From NCBI GenBank assembly GCA_002494885.1, contig DACV01000003.1, positions 77,433-109,432 on the forward strand: a stretch of 32,000 bases of DNA, written 5' to 3'. The DNA comes from Methanobacterium sp. UBA44. Lineage in GTDB: Archaea > Methanobacteriota > Methanobacteria > Methanobacteriales > Methanobacteriaceae. Each line of letters begins with the position of its first letter. Within the stretch, counting starts at the first letter, position 1. The position numbers were made by a program, and so were the translations under genes. The notes under the pieces were generated by a model. It was not told where the DNA came from, did no database searches, and saw only the letters and a list, made by a program, of their open reading frames with translations. Below, piece after piece: positions 1 to 7,105 of this stretch.

Positions 1-116
1 ATGAAAACTTGCTTTTTATTTCCTGCTTTTACAATGCCCAGTTCCCCAGAATTTCCAATTAAAAACAAAATTTCATCTGGAGTTATTCTAATGCTTCTAC
101 GTTCTCTGACTGACAT
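1..116 (-). CDS. 5' end of an unidentified gene running off the window (partial)
   Basis: Hand translation of the minus strand. An ATG (complement of 114-116) opens MSVRERRSIRITPDEILFLIGNSGELGIVKAGNKKQVF with no stop down to position 1. It is absent from the ORF track because it is truncated. It overlaps the 3' end of the zinc-ribbon ORF by 34 nt, and TTG at 68 is an alternative start. No family recognised. Confidence 0.3.
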   Translation of the reverse strand, partial: MSVRERRSIRITPDEILFLIGNSGELGIVKAGNKKQVF

Positions 117-217
117 GCAGGACAAACTACTTTTCTTCCCAGTCCTTTAAATTCATTTTCACAATCAAGGCATCTGTATCTTTTTGTTTTGAGTTTTTTC
201 ATTTTAATGTCAGCCAT
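83..217 (-). CDS. Small (44 aa) CxxC...CxxC zinc-ribbon protein
   Basis: Hand translation, below the ORF-track size cutoff: MADIKMKKLKTKRYRCLDCENEFKGLGRKVVCPACQSENVEALE. It has two CxxC knuckles. GGAGGA (complement of 221-226) lies just upstream of the ATG. Stop TAA is the complement of 83-85. Confidence 0.5.
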   Translation of the reverse strand: MADIKMKKLKTKRYRCLDCENEFKGLGRKVVCPACQSENVEALE

Positions 218-433
218 CGGTCCTCCAACTGTACACATATCATATCACCATTTGAGCTTATGTAATTGATATTATTTATTCTTTTTTCATTTTTCAATTA
301 TTTATAAAATATTATCGAATCATGGATAAAATAAATAATACTGACAATATATTTATGGATGAAATTTCATTATATCAATTAACGAAAAAATCTTAATTTA
401 TAGATTTAAAAAATAATTTTAGAGCAATAAACG

Positions 434-2572
434 GTGAGACTATTGAAAAACCTTATTTTTCCTTTTTCAGCAATTGTTGGGCAGGAAAACATAAAAAAAG
501 CATTAATCTTAAATGCGATAAATCCGAGTATTGGTGGAGTACTAATTAAAGGAGACAAAGGAACAGGTAAAACTACTGCAGTACGGGCTCTTGCTGACCT
601 TTTACCCTCTATAAAAGTTGTTAAGGGATGCCCATTTAACTGTGATCCTGATGATGAAGGATCATTATGTGATGCGTGTATTTCTGAAGATATGGAAGTT
701 GAAGAAAAAAAAATGAAGGTGGTAGAGCTTCCACTGGGATCAACTGAAGATCGTGTTGTTGGATCAATAAACATTGAAAAGGCCCTCAAAGAAGGTACAA
801 AGGCTCTGGAACCGGGGATACTTGCAGAAGCCAACAGAAATATACTTTATATCGACGAAATAAATCTCCTTGATGATAATCTTGTGGATGTTTTGCTGGA
901 CGCTGCTGCTTATGGTGTAAACATAGTAGAAAGGGAAGGAATCTCTTTATCCCATCCATCACGATTTATGCTTGTTGGAACTATGAATCCTGCAGAAGGA
1001 GAGCTCAGGCCTCAACTTTCCGATCGTATTGGCCTTCATATTATAGTGCACAGCATTATGGATATTGAAGACCGTATGGAAATAATGGCCAGAAGGGAAG
1101 AATTCGAAAGGGATCCAGCCGGATTTGTAGATAAATTTGAATCCGCCCAGAAGAAAATACTTGAAAATATCTTAAACGCCAGGAAATTACTGAAAAATGT
1201 AAAGGTATCTTCTGATATTATGAAAGCTATAGCACTTGTCTGTGTCGATATTGGAGTAGATGGTCATAGAGCAGATATTGCCATTTTAAAAACTGCTAAA
1301 ACAATTGCATCCTACAATAACAGAGATGAAGTGAATTATGATGATTTAGAAGAAGCAATGTTGCTCGTTCTTGGGGAAAGACTTCCTAAATCATATGGTC
1401 AGAACAAAATCAAAGAAATGCTGCAAAAGGCAATTAAAGAAATTGAAGAAGACAAAGAAGATGAGCAAGAATCAGAAAATCAGGATGTAGATCAATCAAA
1501 TGAAGAAAATGACCAGAATGAGAATTCTAATGGAGATTCAGATTCTTCAGATGAAGATGGTGAAAATGAAGATCAACCAGGAGAATATCAGGAACAAGAA
1601 AACGATTCCCCGGGTAATTTAACTCCTGAAGAAAATCAGAATGATGAAAGTGAAGGAAAAAAAGTAAACATGAATGTTCCTTTAGAACCCATTGAACAAC
1701 CTGAAAATGAAGAAAAAGGAATGAAAATTAAAACTCTTGAAGATGAAAATCCATTAAAAGCCGATCCAGAGGAGATTGATATAAAAAAGCTCCTCAAAAT
1801 GAAAGGGAAGACCAAAAACAGATTATATGGAAAGAGGGTTGATTCCAAGACCCAAAAAGGCAAATACATTAAAAGTAAGTTTCCTAAAAAAGTTCCCCGC
1901 GATATAGCAATAGATGCAACATTGAGAGCTGCTGCATTTAAATCAGAAGGCAGTATCAAAGTTGAAAATGAGCATCTACGCGAAAAAGTAAGAAAACACG
2001 GAGCAAGGGCATCGATAGCCCTTGTAGTGGACATAAGCGGATCTATGTTTTCTGATCGAAAAGCAAATAAAGTGAAAAGCATTTTAAATCAGTTAATTGA
2101 GGATACAACCAGACACAACGATAAATTAAGTGTTGTTGGGTTTAAAGGCCACGACGCAGAAGTTATAATTCCAACAACCAGGCGAGCAACATCATTTAAG
2201 GAACATGTTGAAAATATAAGAGTTGGTGGAACTACACCCCTAGCTTCTGGGCTTAAAAAAGGATTTGAATTATTGAAAAAAGAAAAATTCAAAAATGAAT
2301 ACGTACCAATGATGGTGATTCTTACAGACGGCATGCCCAATGTGGGAATTAAAGAAGGACCTATCCAGGATGCCATAAAAATAGCTGAAAACCTTAAAGA
2401 AAATGATATAATCACCATAGTCGTTAATTTCGAAAAAACAGTGAAATACGGAAGAGATACAAATATGGAACTTGCGTTAGCGTCTGGCGGGAAATATTAT
2501 GATTTAGAGGATATTAAAAACCCTCAAATCGCAGTTTCAAAAATAATAGATGTGGAGAGATCTACTCTATAA
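434..2572 (+). CDS. ChlI/ChlD-type chelatase subunit: AAA+ ATPase, acidic linker and vWA domain in one polypeptide
   Basis: Walker [10 protein letters not shown], Walker [10 protein letters not shown] and the [15 protein letters not shown] box are typical of BchI/ChlI. A long D/E/N/Q-rich linker spans about 1440-1700. The C-terminal vWA domain has the MIDAS motif VVDISGSM, then GGTTPL and LTDGMPN. The start is GTG at 434. Confidence 0.85.
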   Translation: MRLLKNLIFPFSAIVGQENIKKALILNAINPSIGGVLIKGDKGTGKTTAVRALADLLPSIKVVKGCPFNCDPDDEGSLCDACISEDMEVEEKKMKVVELPLGSTEDRVVGSINIEKALKEGTKALEPGILAEANRNILYIDEINLLDDNLVDVLLDAAAYGVNIVEREGISLSHPSRFMLVGTMNPAEGELRPQLSDRIGLHIIVHSIMDIEDRMEIMARREEFERDPAGFVDKFESAQKKILENILNARKLLKNVKVSSDIMKAIALVCVDIGVDGHRADIAILKTAKTIASYNNRDEVNYDDLEEAMLLVLGERLPKSYGQNKIKEMLQKAIKEIEEDKEDEQESENQDVDQSNEENDQNENSNGDSDSSDEDGENEDQPGEYQEQENDSPGNLTPEENQNDESEGKKVNMNVPLEPIEQPENEEKGMKIKTLEDENPLKADPEEIDIKKLLKMKGKTKNRLYGKRVDSKTQKGKYIKSKFPKKVPRDIAIDATLRAAAFKSEGSIKVENEHLREKVRKHGARASIALVVDISGSMFSDRKANKVKSILNQLIEDTTRHNDKLSVVGFKGHDAEVIIPTTRRATSFKEHVENIRVGGTTPLASGLKKGFELLKKEKFKNEYVPMMVILTDGMPNVGIKEGPIQDAIKIAENLKENDIITIVVNFEKTVKYGRDTNMELALASGGKYYDLEDIKNPQIAVSKIIDVERSTL

Positions 2573-2727
2573 AAAAACCCGATTTAATAGATATTTAGAT
2601 AATTATTTCTTTTAAAATAGATTTCATATCTTTATGATAGATTTTAAATATATGATTGAACTAAAAAAATATTGTTCTTTTTAAATAATTTGGAAATGAT
2701 CCTAAAATTTTTTGATGTGTTTTAGAA

Positions 2728-3234
2728 ATGAGAATCGTTGTATACCATGCAGAAGAATGTGATCGAAAGAAATGCACAACAGTAAAACTTGGAAAAAAGG
2801 GAAAAGTTAATGTAGTGACAAAATTAAACCAAGTACCTACCGGTGCGATCGTCCTTGATCCATACTCTCAAAAAGCATTATCTGTAGAGGATAGAGAGAC
2901 AATTATAGAAAAAGGACTTGTAGGGCTTGATTGTTCATGGAGAAGGTTAGATAAAGTCCCTTTCAGACTGAAAACAGGGAAAAATAGTAGATCCTTGCCT
3001 TTCCTCATAGCTGCAAATCCTACCAATTATGGAAAGCCGTGCATACTATCAACAGCAGAAGCAATTGCAGCAAGTTTTTATATAATTGGGTTTAAAGATA
3101 TTGCTATTGACATTATGTCCCAGTTCAAATGGGGCCCTCATTTTCTAAAGCTCAATGAAGAGCTTTTAGAAGCATACTCTAAAGCTAAAAGCAGTTTAGA
3201 AGTTGTAAGAATTCAAAATGAATTTATGGATTAG
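2728..3234 (+). CDS. tsr3: Tsr3-type 16S rRNA aminocarboxypropyltransferase
   Basis: 168 aa with YHAEECDRKKCTTVKL, LDPYS and DCSW motifs characteristic of archaeal Tsr3 (DUF367). Confidence 0.8.
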   Translation: MRIVVYHAEECDRKKCTTVKLGKKGKVNVVTKLNQVPTGAIVLDPYSQKALSVEDRETIIEKGLVGLDCSWRRLDKVPFRLKTGKNSRSLPFLIAANPTNYGKPCILSTAEAIAASFYIIGFKDIAIDIMSQFKWGPHFLKLNEELLEAYSKAKSSLEVVRIQNEFMD

Positions 3235-3290
3235 TGTAAATTCTAAATTGGCTGAAATTAAGTTAAATAAGTTTATAAGGAGGCTAATAT

Positions 3291-3437
3291 ATGGCTAGAT
3301 TTGAAGAAGCAGAAAATAGAATATTCAATATCAAAATATGCTTAAAATGTAACGCAAGAAACCCCCCAACTGCAAAAACATGCAGGAAATGCGGGTATAA
3401 AGGTTTAAGGCCTAAAGCTAAAGAACCAAGAGGATAG
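3291..3437 (+). CDS. rpl40e: 50S ribosomal protein L40e
   Basis: Hand translation, 48 aa and not in the ORF track: [48 protein letters not shown]. It has the C4 zinc ribbon typical of L40e. AGGAGG lies 8 nt upstream of the ATG. TAG is at 3435-3437. Confidence 0.85.
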   Translation: MARFEEAENRIFNIKICLKCNARNPPTAKTCRKCGYKGLRPKAKEPRG

Positions 3438-3446
3438 ATAAATCCC

Positions 3447-3649
3447 CTAAAATTTATTCTGGAGGTTTTAGAAAACATAGCATGCAAAAATCAAAGATTT
3501 TTGCTGCGTCAAAACTCAGGGAATTTTGACAGTTTTCTGAACCATTCGAAAGCAAAGCTTTCGATGGCCCGTAATTCATAGAATTACGACGGTAACCAAA
3601 ATAGAAAATTTTGGATGTTTAACCTCCAAAAATTCATAGAATTTTTTGG
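3447..3649. repeat. Tandem array of 7 short hairpins (locus a)
   Basis: Base pairing checked by hand. 3447-3471: CTAAAA/TTTTAG, weak. 3484-3504: GCAAAAATC-AAA-GATTTTTGC, 9 bp perfect. 3508-3530: GTCAAAA.TC-AGG-GA.TTTTGAC. 3542-3567: CCAT(T)CGAAAGC-AAA-GCTTTCGATGG. 3570-3588: CGTAATTC-ATA-GAATTACG, 8 bp perfect. 3596-3614: CCAAAAT-AGAAA-ATTTTGG. 3626-3649: CCAAAAATTC-ATA-GAATTT(T)TTGG. Confidence 0.8.
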
Positions 3650-3672
3650 GGATTTTTCTTCAACCTCCCTCT

Positions 3673-3685
3673 TTATATTTATAAT
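3673..3685 (+). promoter_or_regulatory. Candidate TATA box for the GGGP synthase gene
   Basis: TTTATATTTATAA begins 36 nt upstream of the ATG at 3709 and lies downstream of the hairpin array. This would give a very short leader. Position and sequence only. Confidence 0.35.
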
Positions 3686-3708
3686 AATGATTTTTTTATT
3701 GTGATAAT

Positions 3709-4446
3709 ATGAAAGTTGAAAACTATATTAAAAATACTTTAAAAGATCACAAATTACACTTAACACTTTTAGATCCTGAAGAACAGAGCCCAGAAGAAGC
3801 AGTTAAAATAGCTAAAGAAGCTGTTTCTGGCGGTACTGATGGAATAATGCTCGGAGGATCAACCACACAGTCTAATGAGCTCGATGCAACTGCAAAAGCA
3901 TTGCAAGAAAATATTGATGTTCCTGTTATTCTTTTTCCAGGTAACACCACAGGTGTGAGTAAGTACGCCGATGCAATCTTCTTTATGAGTCTTTTAAATT
4001 CAAATAATCCCTACTGGATAATTGGAGCACAAGCTCTGGGAGCCCCAAATATTAAAAAAATCGGAATAGAAGTCATTCCAATGGGTTATATCATTATTGA
4101 ACCGGGAGGAACTGCCGGATGGGTGGGAGATGCAAAATTAATCCCCCAAAACAAACCAGATATAGCTGTAGCCTATTCAATGGCCGCAGAATGTTTAGGA
4201 ATGAGACTAATGTATCTTGAAGCAGGATCTGGAGCAGCAAAACACGTTCCAGAAGTCATGGTTAGTGCAGTTAAAAAAATGACCGACATGATAGTTGTAG
4301 TTGGTGGAGGAATACGCAACGGCGAAACAGCTGCCAGCATTGCAAAAGCCGGTGCTGACATTATTGTGACCGGTACCGTTGTTGAAGACAGTTCTGACGT
4401 AAAAAACAAGATTGAAGAGCTTGTTGAAGGTATTAAGTCTATTTAA
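3709..4446 (+). CDS. Geranylgeranylglyceryl phosphate synthase (PcrB/GGGPS family)
   Basis: 245 aa TIM-barrel pattern: GTDGIMLGGSTT, ILFPGN, MYLEAGSGA, VVGGGIR. Confidence 0.85.
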   Translation: MKVENYIKNTLKDHKLHLTLLDPEEQSPEEAVKIAKEAVSGGTDGIMLGGSTTQSNELDATAKALQENIDVPVILFPGNTTGVSKYADAIFFMSLLNSNNPYWIIGAQALGAPNIKKIGIEVIPMGYIIIEPGGTAGWVGDAKLIPQNKPDIAVAYSMAAECLGMRLMYLEAGSGAAKHVPEVMVSAVKKMTDMIVVVGGGIRNGETAASIAKAGADIIVTGTVVEDSSDVKNKIEELVEGIKSI

Positions 4447-4577
4447 AATATTTAATTTTTTTATTTTAACATTTGATTTTAGAATTTTCGTTTTTAAGAC
4501 TATTATGCCTTTTTCCAGTTAAATTTTCATTTAGTTTTTGAATATAATTAAATAATTTAAAAAATATAATAGAACTG

Positions 4578-5276
4578 GTGAAAAGCATGGCAGAAGGCAC
4601 CTGCGAAGTAGAAGGATACGATATGATTTCAAGGGAACTTAAAGAGAGATTAGGTTTAGATAAGTCTCCAGTTGCAATAAAATTTGTTTTAAGAGAAGAA
4701 GATATTCCAGAAGGAATCAAGAAGATAGATGAAAATATAAGACATTGCGAAATGGTTCAAAAAGCCGCACAGGGAGAAACATTCTATGCTACAGCCGAAG
4801 AACAGATGTGTAAAGGTGGATCATCCGCAATTGGCCTTATAGAAACTCCAGAGAAGATAAAAACAGGTGAATTTTATCAGAATCTGGGAAGATTCTCCAG
4901 TCTTGGTTCTGCAAAGCGTACAATGGAATCAATACCTAAAATTGACCCTATGATGAAAGCAATAATCTATGCACCTTTAGAAGAGGTCAAGTTTGATCCT
5001 GATGTGATTGTAGTTATTGGCAATCCTGCTCAGGCGCTAAAACTTGCCCAGGCAATGATTTATACCCGTGGTGGCAGAGTAGAAGCAAGTTTTTCAGGAA
5101 TTCAGTCAATATGTGCTGATGCTGTGGCCGGCCCCTTCATCAACAACACCGCAAATATTACCCTCGGATGCAGCGGTTCAAGGCAGTATGCAGGTATAAA
5201 AGAAGATGAAGTTATTGTAGGAATGAACGGCGAAAATATAGGATGTGTCGTAACTGCTTTAATATCTATGAAATAA
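4578..5276 (+). CDS. DUF169 family protein
   Basis: 232 aa. The LGLDKSPVAIKF N-terminus, the HCEMVQKA...CKGG segment and the C-terminal GCSGSRQY resemble COG2043/DUF169. ATG at 4587 is an alternative to GTG at 4578. Confidence 0.65.
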   Translation: MKSMAEGTCEVEGYDMISRELKERLGLDKSPVAIKFVLREEDIPEGIKKIDENIRHCEMVQKAAQGETFYATAEEQMCKGGSSAIGLIETPEKIKTGEFYQNLGRFSSLGSAKRTMESIPKIDPMMKAIIYAPLEEVKFDPDVIVVIGNPAQALKLAQAMIYTRGGRVEASFSGIQSICADAVAGPFINNTANITLGCSGSRQYAGIKEDEVIVGMNGENIGCVVTALISMK

Positions 5277-5309
5277 TGTATTAAGCTAAAAAGCCAGGGA
5301 GTGATTAAT

Positions 5310-5537
5310 ATGGTGCAATCAAAAATTTATAAAGTTTTGGATGATGCTAATGACCTTGAAAGGAAAATGGCAGATTATGTAGAAAGGGGAGAATTTAATG
5401 ACCAATTAGTGGCAAAATGGGTATTAGATACTGTTAAAATCATCGAAAGACTTGGAAAAGCAATTGAAGAAGTTGAAGACCGTTTAGATCTCCTTGAAGA
5501 ACAGGAAGAAAAAAAGGATTTCAGAATAGAAAAATAA
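5310..5537 (+). CDS. Small acidic helical protein, unknown function
   Basis: The ORF-track frame is 5301-5537. ATG at 5310 follows GGGAG (5296-5300). The sequence is charged with a heptad-like pattern (LERKMADYVERGE...IEEVEDRLDLLEEQEEKK). No family recognised. Confidence 0.5.
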   Translation: MVQSKIYKVLDDANDLERKMADYVERGEFNDQLVAKWVLDTVKIIERLGKAIEEVEDRLDLLEEQEEKKDFRIEK

Positions 5538-5558
5538 ATTCACTTATTTTCTTTTTTT
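5529..5558. terminator. Hairpin plus T7 tract between convergent genes
   Basis: GAAAA(A)TAA-ATTCAC-TTATTTTC is followed by TTTTTTT (5552-5558). On the opposite strand the same stem is followed by a T5 run. It sits between the stop at 5537 (+) and the stop at 5570 (-). Confidence 0.5.
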
Positions 5559-5569
5559 GAGTTCTTATT

Positions 5570-6400
5570 TTAATTTCTCAATCCCAATTCAATTACCATC
5601 TGTTCCGTCTTATTTTTATCAGGAATAAGATAATATATTCCATTAATGCGCTGCCCTTTACCTGTAACTAAAGCAGTTTGAGCATTATCTAGATCAAAAC
5701 CTGTAAGAACTTGTTCTATTATTGCAAATTCGTAGGGAGGAATGCTAGTGTGAGTATTTTCTCTCAACTGGTTCATAACAGAAGGTAATTTAACAATATT
5801 ACCTGGTTTTAAAGCCTCTTTGTAAATTGCTGCAAGAATTTTTTGATGTCTTTCAACCCTTCCAATGTCTCCTGCACCATCTTGTCTAAAACGTGCGTAA
5901 AGCAAAGTTTGTTCTCCATTAAGTTTATTATAACCTGCTTTTCCATTCAATTCAGGTCTAGCCGCTGCAACGTGCGGTTCAACATCAATATATACTCCAC
6001 CTAATGTATCCACTATACTCTTGAATTCATCAAAGTTTACTACAACATAATAATCTATAGATACATTCAAAAAATTCTCTACAGTCTGAACTGTCAAATT
6101 AATTCCACCTAACCCATATGCAGCGTTAATCTTATCCATACCATGTCCTTGTATATTTATTTTAGAATCCCTTGGAATAGAAAGAAGAGAAACCTTTCTT
6201 GTATTTTTATCAATAGAAAGAATAGTTATAGAGTCTGTATTTCCTGAATAAATTGAATTTTGAGCATCTCTACCTAATAGCAATATATTTATCCTTGAAC
6301 CAGTTTCATCATTAGTAACGTTAATCAGCAAGCCACCTAAAGCCAGAATTAAAATAGATATAAAAGTTACACTTATGATGACTTTTTGCCATTTTTTCAT
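5570..6400 (-). CDS. LytR-CpsA-Psr (LCP) family protein, N-terminally membrane-anchored
   Basis: N-terminal TM helix (VIISVTFISILILALGGLLI), then NILLLGRD...SDSITILSID...SLLSIPRDS...INAAYGLGG...RFRQDGAGDIGRVERHQ. These are conserved Arg/Asp motifs of the LCP domain. It lies 1 nt downstream of the preceding gene. Confidence 0.8.
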   Translation of the reverse strand: MKKWQKVIISVTFISILILALGGLLINVTNDETGSRINILLLGRDAQNSIYSGNTDSITILSIDKNTRKVSLLSIPRDSKINIQGHGMDKINAAYGLGGINLTVQTVENFLNVSIDYYVVVNFDEFKSIVDTLGGVYIDVEPHVAAARPELNGKAGYNKLNGEQTLLYARFRQDGAGDIGRVERHQKILAAIYKEALKPGNIVKLPSVMNQLRENTHTSIPPYEFAIIEQVLTGFDLDNAQTALVTGKGQRINGIYYLIPDKNKTEQMVIELGLRN

Positions 6401-6401
6401 T

Positions 6402-7067
6402 TTATTTCCCTAAATCATTTTTTAAAACTTTCAAATAATCATCATATCTATTAATGTTTATAAGTTCCAGATCACTGCGAGCTGGAACTCCATAAAAAAT
6501 AACGCCATCATTCACCATTTTTCTTAAAATAGGATTCAAATTATCATTATGTGAAGCCAAATATTTCTTTAAAAGAGTTTTATGACATACAAAAGGCATT
6601 CCAAGACCTTCTGCAGAGCCCAGATATCCTATTTTTCCCCGTGCAAGGATTGAAATTGTATTTTGAGGTTTTTCGCCTTTAAATACTCCTTTAATAAGAT
6701 TCTTTAAGGTTTCAGCTGATACTGTAGGTTGATCTGCTGCAACACAGAGACAATAATCAAATTTAATTCTTTTCACTCCATTTAGTAGAGATTCAGATAA
6801 TTCAACATTATTTTCAGGATTTTTAGTTACTTTAACTCTTTCATCATCAAATTCATCGATCACTGCAGTAATCTCATCGCTGAAATGTCCTAAAACAATA
6901 ATACAGTCTTCCACGCCGGCATTTAGGGTGTTTTTAATGGTTTGAAGTATAACCGGCATTCCATGTAAATCAAGAAGTAATTTATGCTTTATTTCCATTC
7001 CACGGCCCTTAAAATCTTCTCTCATTCGTCTATTTTTGCCCGCGGCCGTTATTATTGCAGAAACCAT
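6402..7067 (-). CDS. MobA-like nucleotidyltransferase (NTP_transf_3 type)
   Basis: N-terminal IITAAGKNRRM matches the G-x-G-x-R-M NTP-binding loop. LLLDLHGMPVI and the later VAADQPTVSAETLKNL match MobA/MocA-like GT-A fold nucleotidyltransferases. No TM segment. Confidence 0.7.
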   Translation of the reverse strand: MVSAIITAAGKNRRMREDFKGRGMEIKHKLLLDLHGMPVILQTIKNTLNAGVEDCIIVLGHFSDEITAVIDEFDDERVKVTKNPENNVELSESLLNGVKRIKFDYCLCVAADQPTVSAETLKNLIKGVFKGEKPQNTISILARGKIGYLGSAEGLGMPFVCHKTLLKKYLASHNDNLNPILRKMVNDGVIFYGVPARSDLELININRYDDYLKVLKNDLGK

Positions 7068-7105
7068 CTGATCACTCTAATTTTAAAATAAAGAAAAAGA
7101 TTTTC

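Noticed and set aside
1440-1700. Apparent nucleotide-level repeats (GAA/GAT/AAT-rich) in the chelatase gene, and similar tracts at 25240-25300 and 25680-25750
   Set aside because: They encode acidic low-complexity linkers and tails of ChlD-type and ribosomal stalk proteins. This is codon-level compositional bias, not discrete DNA repeats.
406-2418. Minus-strand ORFs 406-834, 1636-2082 and 2089-2418, antisense to the chelatase gene
   Set aside because: They lie entirely within a strongly recognisable plus-strand gene. Their translations are low-complexity (S/F/L-rich) mirror images, with no motifs or ribosome-binding sites.
3284-3487. 67-aa minus-strand ORF
   Set aside because: It is antisense to the clearly recognisable rpl40e gene (3291-3437) and has no recognisable features.
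3447-3649. Possibility that the hairpin arrays are CRISPR arrays or a MITE
   Set aside because: There is no repeated identical unit separated by unique spacers, because each hairpin has a different stem sequence and they abut one another. No terminal inverted repeats or target-site duplication are visible, and no cas or transposase genes are in the window.
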